Of a stretch of 64,000 nt of DNA, positions 47,350 to 58,569 are shown piece by piece. The position numbers and the translations under genes are program-made. Location of the stretch: positions 32,001 through 96,000 of IMG/VR virus record IMGVR_UViG_3300027963_000041; one strand, given 5' to 3'. Below the pieces are notes generated by a model that was not told where the DNA came from, did not search any database, and worked only from the letters and a program-made list of their open reading frames with translations. How positions within the stretch are numbered: position 1 is the first letter of the stretch; every line of letters begins with the position of its first letter. The stretch comes from a virus.

Positions 47350-48080
47350 TGTTTGGACACGATTTTTATCACGGTACGTTAAGACGCCATGTAATTATGT
47401 TTGGCAATCTCTTCAATGATATGCAGATTAAGCGTTTTGACCAGAACAATAATACTATTCAAACAGTCAATGTGCCGATTGCATATGGACCAAAACAGCG
47501 TTATATTGAACGTGAACTAGGCGACCCAACAGGTCTGCGTAGCGTATCGATTGTGCTACCACGCATGTCGTTTGTAATGTCTTCAATGTCATATGCACCA
47601 ATTCGCAAGTTGAATAGCACACTCAAATACAAGAGTAATTTTAACGCAACAAACAAAGAGTTTTCTTCAGTCTATGCGCCTGTGCCATACGACATGAACT
47701 TCACGTTATCAATCATGACAAAGAATGCTGAAGATGGCATTCAATTGTGCGAAAAAATTGTTCCGTTCTTTACACCAGACTTTACAGTTACGGTGAAAGC
47801 ATTGCCAGAACTAGGAGTTAATCTTGACGTTCCAATCGAACTTACGAATGTTTCGTCAGATGATAGTTATGAGGGGCAATATGAAGACCCACGCATTATG
47901 ACATGGGATTTAGATTTTATTGTCAAAGGCTATCTGTTTGGACCTGTCACAAAAACAAAATACATTTCAAGTCTTGAAGTTAATACATTCAATGATGATG
48001 GTAATGATAACTTTGACTTAGACGCAACTCAACTTTTCACAGGAAATTCGAACTTTGAAACTTCGAATACTATATCATGA
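47349..48080 (+). CDS. gp15: Tail sheath stabiliser/terminator gp15
   Basis: FYH...R.....FG.LFND, VPIAYGPK, LPRMSF, PVPY. Confidence 0.95.
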   Translation: MFGHDFYHGTLRRHVIMFGNLFNDMQIKRFDQNNNTIQTVNVPIAYGPKQRYIERELGDPTGLRSVSIVLPRMSFVMSSMSYAPIRKLNSTLKYKSNFNATNKEFSSVYAPVPYDMNFTLSIMTKNAEDGIQLCEKIVPFFTPDFTVTVKALPELGVNLDVPIELTNVSSDDSYEGQYEDPRIMTWDLDFIVKGYLFGPVTKTKYISSLEVNTFNDDGNDNFDLDATQLFTGNSNFETSNTIS

Positions 48081-48475
48081 AACAAACAATAGATCAAAAG
48101 ATAGAAACTGTTTTAGACATTGCGCCTGTCGCATCTAACATCGTACCAAAAAAGAATACGGTTGTGATTGAAAATACTACAGTTGATGATGACTATGAGT
48201 ACGCAAGAAAGAATTTGCGAACTTTAATTGACAATGGTAAAAATGCAATGGAAGATTTAGCATATCTCGCAAGAGAAGGTGAGTCACCACGCACATATGA
48301 AGTACTAGGACAATTGATTAAAACCATTGCCGAAACAAATAAAGACTTGTTGGACATTGCAAAGAAAAAGAAAGATATTCAACAAGAAAAAGGTAGCGAA
48401 CAACCAACGCATGTTACAAATGCACTATTTGTTGGAAGTACCGCAGAATTACAAAAATTAATAAAGGGAACTTAA
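48077..48475 (+). CDS. gp16: Terminase small subunit gp16
   Basis: DDYEYAR.NL, PR.YEV.GQLIK, NALFVGST.ELQK. Confidence 0.92.
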   Translation: MKQTIDQKIETVLDIAPVASNIVPKKNTVVIENTTVDDDYEYARKNLRTLIDNGKNAMEDLAYLAREGESPRTYEVLGQLIKTIAETNKDLLDIAKKKKDIQQEKGSEQPTHVTNALFVGSTAELQKLIKGT

Positions 48476-48476
48476 C

Positions 48477-48905
48477 ATGTATCAGTACAGAGCAAAAATT
48501 TTAAAAGTACTTGACGGCGACACAGTAGAAATTGATTTAGATTTAGGATTTAAAATTGTTCTATCGAATCAAAAAGTGCGCTTGGCTGGCATCGATACGC
48601 CAGAATCTAGAACTGCAAATACTGAAGAGAAACCAAGAGGGGTATTGTCAAAGAAAAAATTGCAAGAAAAACTACCAGTTGGTTCATGGGCTATAATTGA
48701 AACAATGCGCCCTGATAGCAATGACGATAAATTTGGTCGTATTCTAGGCGTATTCATTACTGAAGACGGCACAAGAGTTAATCAATGGATGATTGACAAT
48801 AATTATGCAGTTTTGTACATGGGCGAGAATAAAGAATTAGTGCAAGAAGCACATCAACAAAACAAAAAGATTCTCATTGAAAGAGGCGAACTGCCAAACA
48901 AATAA
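48477..48905 (+). CDS. Thermonuclease (SNase-like)
   Basis: V.DGDT, VRLAGIDTPE, DKFGRILG, N.WMI...YA..Y.G. Confidence 0.88.
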   Translation: MYQYRAKILKVLDGDTVEIDLDLGFKIVLSNQKVRLAGIDTPESRTANTEEKPRGVLSKKKLQEKLPVGSWAIIETMRPDSNDDKFGRILGVFITEDGTRVNQWMIDNNYAVLYMGENKELVQEAHQQNKKILIERGELPNK

Positions 48906-48908
48906 TTT

Positions 48909-50531
48909 ATGGCAACTAAAACATATCTTGGCAACGCGAATTTAAAAGCGATTGGTGTAGACCTTGAATTTACTGAAGATCAAATTCAAGAATACCTCAA
49001 GTGCGCCAAAGACCCAATTTACTTCATTGAATCTTACTGTAAAATTGTAACGCTGGACCACGGGCTTCAGCCTTTCAAACTTTACGATTGTCAAAAGAAT
49101 AAAGTCAATATCATTCACAACAATCGCAAAATAATTTTGATGGAAGGGCGTCAGCAAGGTAAGACTACTACATCTGCGGCATACATTCTTTGGTATACTC
49201 TTTTTCAAGAAAGCAAAACAGTTGCAATTCTTGCAAACAAAGCATCAGCGGCGCGAGAGGTTTTATATCGTTATCAGTTGATGTATGAGAATCTTCCAAT
49301 CTGGTTGCAACAAGGTGTGTCAACATGGAACAAAGGTGACATTGCACTAGAGAATGGCTCTATTGTCTTCACAGCCGCAACAAGCCGTCAAGGTATTCGT
49401 GGTAAATCCGTAAACATGTTGTACGTTGACGAAACTGCAATCATTCCAAACAATCTTGCTGAAGAATTCTTTACCGCAGTTTATCCTACAATTTCTGCTG
49501 GTGAAACTACAAAGATTCTTCTTTCATCTACGCCACTTGGTTACAATCACTTTTGGAAATTCTGGAACGATGCAAAGAATGATCGTAATGGTTTTGTGCC
49601 GTTGTTTATTCCGTATTGGGAGATTCCTGGTCGAGATGAGAAATGGGCAGAGACCCAAAGAAAACTTCTTGGTGAATTAAAATATAATCAAGAGGTTCTC
49701 TGTAATTTTCTTGGTTCAAGTCTCACACTCATTGCCGCAGATACAATCGCGCAGTTGTCAGCAGATCAACCAATTCACAGCAAAGACGGATTGGATGTAT
49801 ACGAAAGAGCAGAAAAGAATAAAACTTATGTCATTGTTGCTGATACAGCAAAAGGTGTTGAGGGTGATTATTCAGCATTTCAAATCATTGATGTTACTGA
49901 GATGCCATACAAACAAGTTGGTAAGTATAGAGACAACAAAATTAGTCCATTGCTTTATCCATCCGTTATTTACAAACTAGCAAAAGAATTCAATGATGCA
50001 TATGTTCTGGTAGAAATAAATGTTTCTGAGCAAGTTGCAGACATTCTCTACAATGAGTACGAATATGAAAACATCATTTTTGTAAATAGAAATACAAACG
50101 GGCAAGTTGTTTCAGGCGGCTTCGGTGGTGGTAAAACACAACTTGGCGTAATCACGGATAAGAAGGTCAAAAGAATTGGGTGCTCTAACTTTAAGTCAAT
50201 GGCTGAAGAGAAGAAACTGCTTATTCGTGATGCAGATACTATTTCAGAAATTTCAACATTCATTCAAAAAAGAAACAGTTATCAAGCCGATGAAGGCTAT
50301 CATGATGATCTTGTCATGCCTTTTGTTTTATTTTCATGGCTCACGACTAACCCATATTTCAAAGACCTAACAAACATAAATATACGAAAAGAATTATATG
50401 AAAAGCGTATTCACGACATTGAACAAGAATTGACTCCATTTGGAATTATCAATGACGGACAAGATGAAGGCGCTTTTGTAGATTCAACAGGTCAAATGTG
50501 GCAAAGTGAAAATTCATTTTTTTATAAATAA
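48909..50531 (+). CDS. gp17: Terminase large subunit gp17
   Basis: RQQGKTT, WNKG.I.LENG, YVDE.A, STPLG.NHF, HDDLVM; no intein or intron seen. Confidence 0.97.
   Translation: MATKTYLGNANLKAIGVDLEFTEDQIQEYLKCAKDPIYFIESYCKIVTLDHGLQPFKLYDCQKNKVNIIHNNRKIILMEGRQQGKTTTSAAYILWYTLFQESKTVAILANKASAAREVLYRYQLMYENLPIWLQQGVSTWNKGDIALENGSIVFTAATSRQGIRGKSVNMLYVDETAIIPNNLAEEFFTAVYPTISAGETTKILLSSTPLGYNHFWKFWNDAKNDRNGFVPLFIPYWEIPGRDEKWAETQRKLLGELKYNQEVLCNFLGSSLTLIAADTIAQLSADQPIHSKDGLDVYERAEKNKTYVIVADTAKGVEGDYSAFQIIDVTEMPYKQVGKYRDNKISPLLYPSVIYKLAKEFNDAYVLVEINVSEQVADILYNEYEYENIIFVNRNTNGQVVSGGFGGGKTQLGVITDKKVKRIGCSNFKSMAEEKKLLIRDADTISEISTFIQKRNSYQADEGYHDDLVMPFVLFSWLTTNPYFKDLTNINIRKELYEKRIHDIEQELTPFGIINDGQDEGAFVDSTGQMWQSENSFFYK
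50523..50530 (+). promoter_or_regulatory. T4 late promoter for gp18
   Basis: Exact TATAAATA at the end of gp17. Confidence 0.85.
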
Positions 50532-50603
50532 AACAAGAATAATGAATGAATACCCTTTAAGTGAACGAAAAGATATAACATCTTACAATCAAGGAGAAAA
50601 AGA

Positions 50604-52502
50604 ATGGCAATCAATTTAATCTCACCAGGAATTAAGATTACCGAACAAGATCAGGTAGCGACAATTCCCGCTTCCGGCGCATCTGTAGGTGCAGTAGTCG
50701 GTATGCACAGATGGGGTCCAGTTGAGAAAGCAACACTGGTAACAAGCGAAACAGAATTGGTCGCCCGATTCGGTGCGCCAAATGCAACCAACGCTGTTGA
50801 CTTCCTAACCGGAGCAAACTATCTATCATACGCAGGCGCATTGTACGTTTCCCGTGCAAATACTACAGGTTTGCTTAACGCAACCGCAGAATCAAGCACA
50901 GGTTCAGGTAATACAGGTACAGGTCTTCTAATTAAGAACGAAGATGTATATCTTAACACATATACAGATGGTTCTGGTAACGTAGGACCATGGGTTGCTC
51001 AGTACGCTGGCGCACTTGGTAACTCTCTAAAAGTTTCTACATGCCCTTCAGCAACGGCATGGCAGTCAACTTTGACTGGTACTTTCACCGTAGCCGCAGG
51101 CGCAACAACCGTTGTCGGTACTGGCTCAACCGCGAATACTCAAATTACTGTAGGTGACATTCTAGTAATTGGCGGTCGTTCAATTCAAGTTGCGGCAGTT
51201 ACAAACGCAACTCACCTAACACTTGAGTCAGCACACTTGACTGGCGCAACAGCCGCAACAGTAGTTCGCCGTTGGGAATATTTCGATTCATTCGATCTAG
51301 CACCAGGCACATCAACATATGCGGCCGCAAAAGGTGGCGCAAACGATGAAATGCACATTGCAATTGTTGACGAAGACGGATTGATCACTGGCACATCAGG
51401 CACATTGCTTGAAAAATTTGCCGCTGTCTCAAAAGGTAGCGATGCAAAAGGCGAACAAGGTGGTAACAACTTCTACAGAGATGTAGTGAACAATGGTTCT
51501 AAATATGTTTATTGGATGGACAAAGATGCCGCTGGTGTAAACTGGGACACAACTGTAGTAAACAAGACTTTCACAGCAGTTACAGCACCAAAGAACTACT
51601 CACTCGCTGGTGGCGCTGATGGTTCAACACCAACCGATGCACAAAAGATTACAGCATTTGACGTATTCAAGAACAAAGCAACAGTCAAGATTGACTTGAT
51701 TGCAATGGGTGCCGCATCTGCTACAGTAATTAACACAGTTATTGCAGACATTGCTGAAAAACGTAAAGATTGCGTAGTTGTATTCTCTCCAGAACAAGCA
51801 GACGTTGTTAACAACGTAGGCAATGAAACAACAGACGTAAATGCATTTGCCGATACAATAACACGTTCAACATATGCGTTCATGGATGGTAACTTCAAGT
51901 ACCAGTACGACAAGTACAACGATACATATCGTTGGGTACCTGCAAACGGCGACACCGCTGGTTGCATGGCTAGAACAGACAGCGAAAGCGCACCATGGTT
52001 CTCACCAGCAGGTTTCGCAAGAGGTAGAATCCTCAACGTAACAAAACTTGCTTGGAATCCAAACGAAGCAGAGCGCGATCTTCTTTACAAGAATGCAGTT
52101 AACCCAATCTTCTCACAGCCAGGTCGCGGTGTAGTATTGTTTGGTGACAAGACATTCACAACAAAGACTGGTTCATTCAGCCGTATCAATGTTCGTAGAT
52201 TGTTTATCACAATCCAGCGTTCAATTGGAACATTTGCTGAAGACGTATTGTTCGAACAGAACGATGCCGCAACCCGTTCATTGTTCCTAAATACTGTAGA
52301 GCCATACCTAAGAAGTGTGCAAGCACAGCGCGGTATGACCGACTTCCGTGTAATCTGCGATGACACAAACAATCCAGATGACGTTGTAAATGCAAATGAA
52401 TTTGTGGCAGACATTTATGTTCGCCCAATCGCATCTATCAACTTCATTCAGTTGAACTTTGTTTCTGTGCGTGGAGCGGCGGCGTTCGCAGAATTGGGTT
52501 AA
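50604..52502 (+). CDS. gp18: Tail sheath gp18
   Basis: SPGI...E.D, WGP, KYQYDKYND..RW.P, PW.SPAG..RG, GDKT, RINVRRLF. Confidence 0.97.
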   Translation: MAINLISPGIKITEQDQVATIPASGASVGAVVGMHRWGPVEKATLVTSETELVARFGAPNATNAVDFLTGANYLSYAGALYVSRANTTGLLNATAESSTGSGNTGTGLLIKNEDVYLNTYTDGSGNVGPWVAQYAGALGNSLKVSTCPSATAWQSTLTGTFTVAAGATTVVGTGSTANTQITVGDILVIGGRSIQVAAVTNATHLTLESAHLTGATAATVVRRWEYFDSFDLAPGTSTYAAAKGGANDEMHIAIVDEDGLITGTSGTLLEKFAAVSKGSDAKGEQGGNNFYRDVVNNGSKYVYWMDKDAAGVNWDTTVVNKTFTAVTAPKNYSLAGGADGSTPTDAQKITAFDVFKNKATVKIDLIAMGAASATVINTVIADIAEKRKDCVVVFSPEQADVVNNVGNETTDVNAFADTITRSTYAFMDGNFKYQYDKYNDTYRWVPANGDTAGCMARTDSESAPWFSPAGFARGRILNVTKLAWNPNEAERDLLYKNAVNPIFSQPGRGVVLFGDKTFTTKTGSFSRINVRRLFITIQRSIGTFAEDVLFEQNDAATRSLFLNTVEPYLRSVQAQRGMTDFRVICDDTNNPDDVVNANEFVADIYVRPIASINFIQLNFVSVRGAAAFAELG

Positions 52503-52539
52503 ACTCGGATAAATAGATAAAAGAATCTAAGGAGATAAA

Positions 52540-53073
52540 ATGGCCGTTAATACACTATCACAAATTAAGACTGCGATTGGAGTTGGTGCGCGCCCTAATC
52601 TCTTCCGAGTTTCATTCTCAGGTGGGTTTGCTCAAGGTTTTGATTCAGCAACATATTCAATTCTTTGCAAAGCAGCCCAAATCCCTGGTTCGACTCACGG
52701 AACGATTGAGGTGCCAACCGGCGGTGGACGTAGATATAAAATTGCAGGCGACAGAACTTTTGCAGAGTGGACCACAACAGTTATCAATGATTCAAATATG
52801 AATGCACGAAGACTCATTGAAGCATATCAAACATCTTTCGTGTACGCAGATTTTGAAACATTCACATCAGTTAGTGCTGGCGGTAGAAGCACAGACAGTC
52901 AATTAACTACTGTTACAGTACAACATTTAGACCAGTCTGGCTCACCAGTTAGAACTTACACATTGAGCAACTGTTTCGTAAGCGATATTTCTGCAATCGA
53001 CCTATCATATGACAGTACAGATGCAATCTCTGAGTTTACTGTCACATGGGTTTACGATTACTTTACCGTTTAA
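52540..53073 (+). CDS. gp19: Tail tube protein gp19 paralogue 1
   Basis: GARPNLF.V, CKAA..P.S..G.IEVP, K.AGDRTF..W..TVIND, I.LSYD..D.I.EF.VT. Confidence 0.85.
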   Translation: MAVNTLSQIKTAIGVGARPNLFRVSFSGGFAQGFDSATYSILCKAAQIPGSTHGTIEVPTGGGRRYKIAGDRTFAEWTTTVINDSNMNARRLIEAYQTSFVYADFETFTSVSAGGRSTDSQLTTVTVQHLDQSGSPVRTYTLSNCFVSDISAIDLSYDSTDAISEFTVTWVYDYFTV

Positions 53074-53099
53074 CGCATAACGAAATAGGAGATTAATAA

Positions 53100-53618
53100 A
53101 TGTCAGTTTTTTCAATTACCGCTTTCAGAAGTGCGTTAGCAGGTGGCGCAAGACCTAACCTGTTCAAGTTTACATTTGGTGCATTGCCATCGGGTGTAAG
53201 TTTGACAGGTGCAGATGTTCTTATAAAAGCAGGTGCAATTCCTGGTTACACCTTGGGTGTTATTGAAGTTCCGTTCAGAAGCCGTAGAATTAAAGTTCCA
53301 GGCGACAGAACATTTGCGGAATGGACAGTAACAGTAATCAATAATGAATCACAGTCAATTCGCAAGGGCTTTGAAGATTGGATGTCCTACATTGCAGACA
53401 ACAATTTTGCAAACTCAAACTTGAGAAGAGCAGGTGCTGGTATTGATTACACCACACAGATTACTGTAGATCAGTTAAAAGATGATAACAGCGTATCTAA
53501 GTCAACCAAATTGTTCCATGCTTTCCCAACTGATGTAAGCACTATCGACTTGTCTTACGACACAACAGACGCGGTGGAAGAGTTTACAGTAACCTTCCAA
53601 TACGTCTATTCTGCTTAA
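53100..53618 (+). CDS. gp19: Tail tube protein gp19 paralogue 2
   Basis: GGARPNLF, IEVPFR.R.IK.PGDRTF.EWTVTVIN, FP..VS.IDLSYD..D.VEEF.VTF.Y. Confidence 0.9.
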   Translation: MSVFSITAFRSALAGGARPNLFKFTFGALPSGVSLTGADVLIKAGAIPGYTLGVIEVPFRSRRIKVPGDRTFAEWTVTVINNESQSIRKGFEDWMSYIADNNFANSNLRRAGAGIDYTTQITVDQLKDDNSVSKSTKLFHAFPTDVSTIDLSYDTTDAVEEFTVTFQYVYSA

Positions 53619-53639
53619 TTGACGAAACCTTTTCGCGAC

Positions 53640-53647
53640 TATAAATA
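53640..53647 (+). promoter_or_regulatory. T4 late promoter upstream of gp20
   Basis: Exact TATAAATA. Confidence 0.8.
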
Positions 53648-53666
53648 GTTGCGTAATAGTTTTAAT

Positions 53667-53690
53667 GGGGGCTATTACGCCCCCTTTTCT
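53667..53690 (+). terminator. Terminator-like hairpin between gp19 and gp20, with an alternative pairing partner upstream
   Basis: GGGGGC-TATTAC-GCCCCC-TTTTCT. Confidence 0.65.
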
Positions 53691-53709
53691 TATGGAAAGA
53701 GAATAAAAT

Positions 53710-55374
53710 ATGGCAATCAAACTGTTCGGTTTTAAAATCGGTAAGGATGAACCTGCAAGTGAACAGGTAAGATCATTCGTACCACCAAATGATGATGATA
53801 ATGCAGTCAACATTGTCGGTGGCGGAGTATATGGAACTTATGTTGATCTTGAAGGTACAGTCAAGAACGACTCAGAACTAATCCGCAAGTATCGTGAAAT
53901 GTCGCTTCAAGCAGAGTGCGACACAGCGATTGATGATATTGTAAACGAAGCAATCGTCTATCAACCTGATGAGTATCCAGTACAAATTGTATTGGACAAA
54001 TTAGAGCAACCAGAATCAATCAAAAAGAAAATTCGCGATGAGTTTAAGCACATTCTTAAACTTCTTGATTTTGGTAATCAAGGATATGATATATTTCGTA
54101 GATGGTACGTTGATGGACGTTTATACTATCACCTAATCATTGATGAAAAACAACCTCGCGCTGGATTGAAAGAGGTTCGTTATATTGACCCTCGCAAAAT
54201 TCGCAAAGTACGCGAGACACAAAAATCAAGAGCAGTAGCAGGTCAAACAGAATTATATGTTAGACCTATTGAATACTTTGTTTTTTCAGAAAAAGGATTT
54301 GCTAAAGATGCAAATCAAGGTTTAAAAATTGCACCAGACTCTATCTGCTATGTTCATTCGGGCATTTCAGATAAAGATGGTAAAGTAATTATTTCACATT
54401 TAAACAAAGCAATTCGCCCACTTAATCAGTTGCGTATGCTTGAAGATGCAACAGTTATCTATCGTATCTCTCGCGCACCCGAACGTAGAATTTTCTACAT
54501 TGACGTTGGTAATTTGCCAAAGATTAAAGCGGAACAATATCTCCGTGATATTATGCAAAAGTACAAGAACAAACTTGTATACGATGCAACCACAGGAGAG
54601 ATTCGTGATGACAGACGCTTTCAAACAATGCTTGAAGACTTTTGGTTGCCTCGCCGCGAAGGTGGCAGAGGTACAGAAATTACTACACTTCAAGGCGGTC
54701 AGAATTTGGGTGAGATTGAAGACGTTTTATATTTTCAAAAGAAACTCTACAAATCACTTGGCGTTCCAATTTCACGCTTAGAATCTGATAACGGATTCTC
54801 TCTCGGTCGCGCATCCGAGATTACACGCGATGAATTAAAATTCTCAAAATTTATTGCAAGACTACGCAATAGATTTACACATCTATTTGACCGTATGCTT
54901 GAAACTCAATTAGTTCTCAAGGGCATTTGTACTAAGGCAGAATGGAATCAAATTAAAGAAGAAATTTATTTCGACTTTATTACCGATGCACATTTTGCTG
55001 AACTAAAAGATGCTGAAATTCTCAAAGAACGTCTAACACTTCTTTCAGATATTGATCAACACGTTGGTAAATACTTTTCCGTTGCTTATGTTCGTACTAA
55101 AATTCTACAACAGACTGAAGACGATATTAAGCAAATGGATAAAGAAATGGCAGAAGAAGAAGCAACAATGCCAGATGAAGAACCAGCACCCCCTCCAATG
55201 CCTGTAATGCCTCCTGCACCACCACCGCAACAAGTTGTAGTGAAGGTAAAGAAAGAGGAGGCAGAGCCTCATATTATTGATGATACGGATCAAAAAGAAT
55301 TAGCCAAATCAATGACTAAGTTTTTTGATACACTAGTTGAACAAGAGGCAAGAGGTGACAAAGAAAACGAATGA
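53710..55374 (+). CDS. gp20: Portal protein gp20 with Pro-rich C-terminal extension
   Basis: [56 protein letters not shown]. Confidence 0.97.
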   Translation: MAIKLFGFKIGKDEPASEQVRSFVPPNDDDNAVNIVGGGVYGTYVDLEGTVKNDSELIRKYREMSLQAECDTAIDDIVNEAIVYQPDEYPVQIVLDKLEQPESIKKKIRDEFKHILKLLDFGNQGYDIFRRWYVDGRLYYHLIIDEKQPRAGLKEVRYIDPRKIRKVRETQKSRAVAGQTELYVRPIEYFVFSEKGFAKDANQGLKIAPDSICYVHSGISDKDGKVIISHLNKAIRPLNQLRMLEDATVIYRISRAPERRIFYIDVGNLPKIKAEQYLRDIMQKYKNKLVYDATTGEIRDDRRFQTMLEDFWLPRREGGRGTEITTLQGGQNLGEIEDVLYFQKKLYKSLGVPISRLESDNGFSLGRASEITRDELKFSKFIARLRNRFTHLFDRMLETQLVLKGICTKAEWNQIKEEIYFDFITDAHFAELKDAEILKERLTLLSDIDQHVGKYFSVAYVRTKILQQTEDDIKQMDKEMAEEEATMPDEEPAPPPMPVMPPAPPPQQVVVKVKKEEAEPHIIDDTDQKELAKSMTKFFDTLVEQEARGDKENE

Positions 55375-58300
55375 TAGCATAATCAACGATGCACTTTCAG
55401 TCGCTACCTCAATAGCGTACACTAAGAAAGAGATTGCAAAACTAAAAGAAGAGTTGCAATCGCAAGTCGTTGAACAAGGTCCTACTGGTCCAGTAGGTCC
55501 GCGCGGTGCTATTGGCGCAAAAGGTGAACAAGGCGCACAAGGTCTTAAAGGCGACAAAGGCGATGTGGGTCCTCGCGGTCCAGTTGGTGATACAGGACCG
55601 CAAGGTCCAAAAGGCGATGTAGGCGAAGTTGGTCCGCAAGGTCCGCAAGGTCCGCAAGGCGAACAAGGTTCAATTGGACCACAAGGCGCACAGGGCGAAC
55701 GTGGTTTGCAAGGAGAGCAAGGACCAAAAGGCGACAAAGGCGATAAGGGAGACAAAGGTGAATCTGGTAAAAACGGAGTGGACGGCAGAGATGGATCGCA
55801 GGGCGCAATGGGTCCCGCTGGCACAACAGGCCCTCAGGGAATTCAAGGTGAACGAGGTCCTAAAGGTGAGCCAGGAAGAGTTGGATCCCAAGGCATTCAA
55901 GGTGAACGAGGTCCTCAAGGCGAATCCGGACCACAGGGTGTTCAAGGACTGCCTGGTAAGGATGGTAGAGACGGAGACACAAAGCCAATTGAACAACAGT
56001 TCACAAAGTTCACAAAAAATCTCAACGACAACTTTGCAGAATACAGAACAAAGTTAAACGCACTCATTAGTAAATCACTAGCCAACGATGCATGGAAAGC
56101 AACTGGTTCTGGTGAAGTAAATCTACGCTATCTTGATGACGTAGATCGTAATAGTATTCAAGATGGTTATGTATTATCATACAATTCAACCACAAAAAAA
56201 TTCACATTCGTAGAGCAAACCGGTGGTGCAGGTGGTAGTGCAAATCTAATTGGTTATGCAGTTAACACTACAACTGATCTAATTTGGACTACCGCAAACT
56301 CAGCATGGGCAACCGCAAATTCTGCGCTCAACCAACAAAGTGGTGATCTTGATCAATTTGCAAGAGATAGAGCAAATGGTGCATATGGTCAAGCCAATTC
56401 ATCATTCAATCAAGCCAATCTTTCTTACACGGTTGCCAACAACTCTTGGGCGGCCGCAAACGCATCTTACATTCAAGCAAACTCCGCATTCAACAAGGCT
56501 AACAATGCACTTGATGTTGGACAAGCCGCTTGGAATTACGCAAACACAATTGTTGTTTCAAGTCTTTCTGGATACGCAGTTAACACAACCACAGATTTAA
56601 TTTGGTCTACTTCAAATTCAGCGTGGCAAAGTGCAAATTCTGCACAATCGTTAGCGCAAGCCGCGTACAATTATGCAAACACAATTGTTTCTGATACTCA
56701 GATTGATCCGTTTGCAAGGTCTACTGCCAATGGTGCTTTTGCTAAGGCTAACAATGCTTATGATGTAGCCAATGCCGCATACAATTATGCAAACACAATT
56801 GTATCAGATACACAAATTGACCCTCTTGCGCGTAGTACAGCAAATGGTGCTTTTGCAAAGGCAAATAACGCTTACGATGTAGGCAACTCTGCGTGGGCAA
56901 CTGCTAATGCCGCTTATAATGCCGCAAACAATGTTGTACTGTACAATCAAAATTTAAATACATCAAACTCAGTTTCTTTTGCAGGGCTAACTGTTACAGG
57001 TAACACTACAGTTCAGGACGTTATACCTTCAGCAAATATTACATACAATCTTGGTTCGTCAACTGCAAGATTTAGAGATTTATATTTAAGCGGAAACACA
57101 ATATATCTTGGTGCAATAACTTTAACTGCCGATAAAATTACAACAACTGCCGCAGTTGCCAATGCATCTTACGCACAAGCAAATACTGCAACTACTAATG
57201 CCGCTACTGCAAACACTTTAGCAGGTTCAGCATTTGCAAAGGCTAACAATTCTTATGACGTAGCAAATGCGGCTTACAATAAAGCAAATACTGGCACTAG
57301 TCAATTAGTTAACGGTGCTAGTACAGTTAGCCTTAGTGCAAATGGTAACTTAACAGTACCAGGACCAATTATTGGATTAGGAAATTCTAAACTAGACTTT
57401 ACCACTTACGGTTCTAACACAGCATATCTAACAACTACTGATGATGATGCTACTGCATTGTTTATGGGATTGACAGATTTAAACTTATACGCTCATACAA
57501 CTGTTCAAATTAGGACCAATACCACAGGAGTATCGAACAACTGGACATTTGGTGCAGATGGCACATTAACATTCCCAGATAACACAGTACAAACAACAGC
57601 ATTCACTGGTACTGTAATTGATTCTTTAGCAAGAAGCATTGCAAACTCTGCTTTCGATAAAGCAAATACTTCAGTAACATATAATCAAAGTCTTAATACA
57701 TCAAACTCAGTTTCTTTTGCAGGAGTAACAGTAACAGGAAATACAACAGTTCAACATGTTATTCCTAGCGCAAACATCACATATGATTTAGGAACGCCAA
57801 CTGCTAGATTCAGAGATTTATATTTAAGTGGAAATACTATTAATTTAGGTGGTGCTACAATTAAAACAGATGTTGGTACCGGAGCGATTGCACTAATTCC
57901 GGTACCAACTGTAGCAAATCCAAACCCAACAGGTATTGTTGTGTCGCCGACCGGAACTATAAGTACGGTATCTACCATCGGTGGCACCTTAACTGCAAAT
58001 GCAGTTAGCAATTCGTCTAATAATACAGCAATTACTGTAACTGAATATGGCGGTATTTTATTAGCAGAAGATTCAGGCACTTCAATTTTAGAAAGAAGAA
58101 TCTACAAAAATAGGCCGCTATCAGATTTACAAAATACTACAATTTCTACAGCGCAGTCAGCAACATTTAATGACCAAATTGGATCATTAGTTCCTGTTAG
58201 CAAACATTTTGTATGCAACAATGCAACAGAATCATTGTTTGTTTTGCCATCAGCAAATGGTGTAAGCCAAGGATTCAATTTAACATTCGATATAGTAAAT

Positions 58301-58552
58301 AGTGGCAATTTAATTTTCGAAGTAGCATCATCAAATACAGAGGTTATTAGGTTTGGACCAAATCGTGCAACGCAAGTTAAAATCGTTAATATAAATTCTA
58401 TAGACGCAGACACTATTGGTAATAAACAATTCAATTCGTCTACGGCAGGCATTTCATTCTCAAATTCAATTCTTACATTCAGCGGGCAACAAAACATATA
58501 TACACTAAAATTTGTACGCATAAATTCTACTGATTATATGTTGTCAAGATAG
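55355..58552 (+). CDS. Collagen-like fibre protein (56 Gly-X-Y triplets plus Ala/Asn-rich coiled repeats)
   Basis: Gly-X-Y run at 55478-55981; [14 protein letters not shown] motif; ANAAYNxAN repeats; LGS....RDLYLSG twice; GTG start at 55355 inferred. Confidence 0.8.
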   Translation: MTKKTNDSIINDALSVATSIAYTKKEIAKLKEELQSQVVEQGPTGPVGPRGAIGAKGEQGAQGLKGDKGDVGPRGPVGDTGPQGPKGDVGEVGPQGPQGPQGEQGSIGPQGAQGERGLQGEQGPKGDKGDKGDKGESGKNGVDGRDGSQGAMGPAGTTGPQGIQGERGPKGEPGRVGSQGIQGERGPQGESGPQGVQGLPGKDGRDGDTKPIEQQFTKFTKNLNDNFAEYRTKLNALISKSLANDAWKATGSGEVNLRYLDDVDRNSIQDGYVLSYNSTTKKFTFVEQTGGAGGSANLIGYAVNTTTDLIWTTANSAWATANSALNQQSGDLDQFARDRANGAYGQANSSFNQANLSYTVANNSWAAANASYIQANSAFNKANNALDVGQAAWNYANTIVVSSLSGYAVNTTTDLIWSTSNSAWQSANSAQSLAQAAYNYANTIVSDTQIDPFARSTANGAFAKANNAYDVANAAYNYANTIVSDTQIDPLARSTANGAFAKANNAYDVGNSAWATANAAYNAANNVVLYNQNLNTSNSVSFAGLTVTGNTTVQDVIPSANITYNLGSSTARFRDLYLSGNTIYLGAITLTADKITTTAAVANASYAQANTATTNAATANTLAGSAFAKANNSYDVANAAYNKANTGTSQLVNGASTVSLSANGNLTVPGPIIGLGNSKLDFTTYGSNTAYLTTTDDDATALFMGLTDLNLYAHTTVQIRTNTTGVSNNWTFGADGTLTFPDNTVQTTAFTGTVIDSLARSIANSAFDKANTSVTYNQSLNTSNSVSFAGVTVTGNTTVQHVIPSANITYDLGTPTARFRDLYLSGNTINLGGATIKTDVGTGAIALIPVPTVANPNPTGIVVSPTGTISTVSTIGGTLTANAVSNSSNNTAITVTEYGGILLAEDSGTSILERRIYKNRPLSDLQNTTISTAQSATFNDQIGSLVPVSKHFVCNNATESLFVLPSANGVSQGFNLTFDIVNSGNLIFEVASSNTEVIRFGPNRATQVKIVNINSIDADTIGNKQFNSSTAGISFSNSILTFSGQQNIYTLKFVRINSTDYMLSR

Positions 58553-58569
58553 CCAAAAATACCGAATTT

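Noticed and set aside
55337-55374. Programmed frameshift fusing the portal to the collagen fibre
   Set aside because: It would need a +1 shift with no clear slippery site; a GTG start with an upstream GAGG explains the overlap
55478-55981. Collagen as substrate of the prolyl-hydroxylase-like oxygenases
   Set aside because: Pro lies almost entirely in the X position (only two Y-position Pro), as in unhydroxylated prokaryotic collagens, and the genes are 10 kb apart
55333-56057. Several overlapping ORFs over the collagen region
   Set aside because: Frame artefacts of the Gly-X-Y codon periodicity
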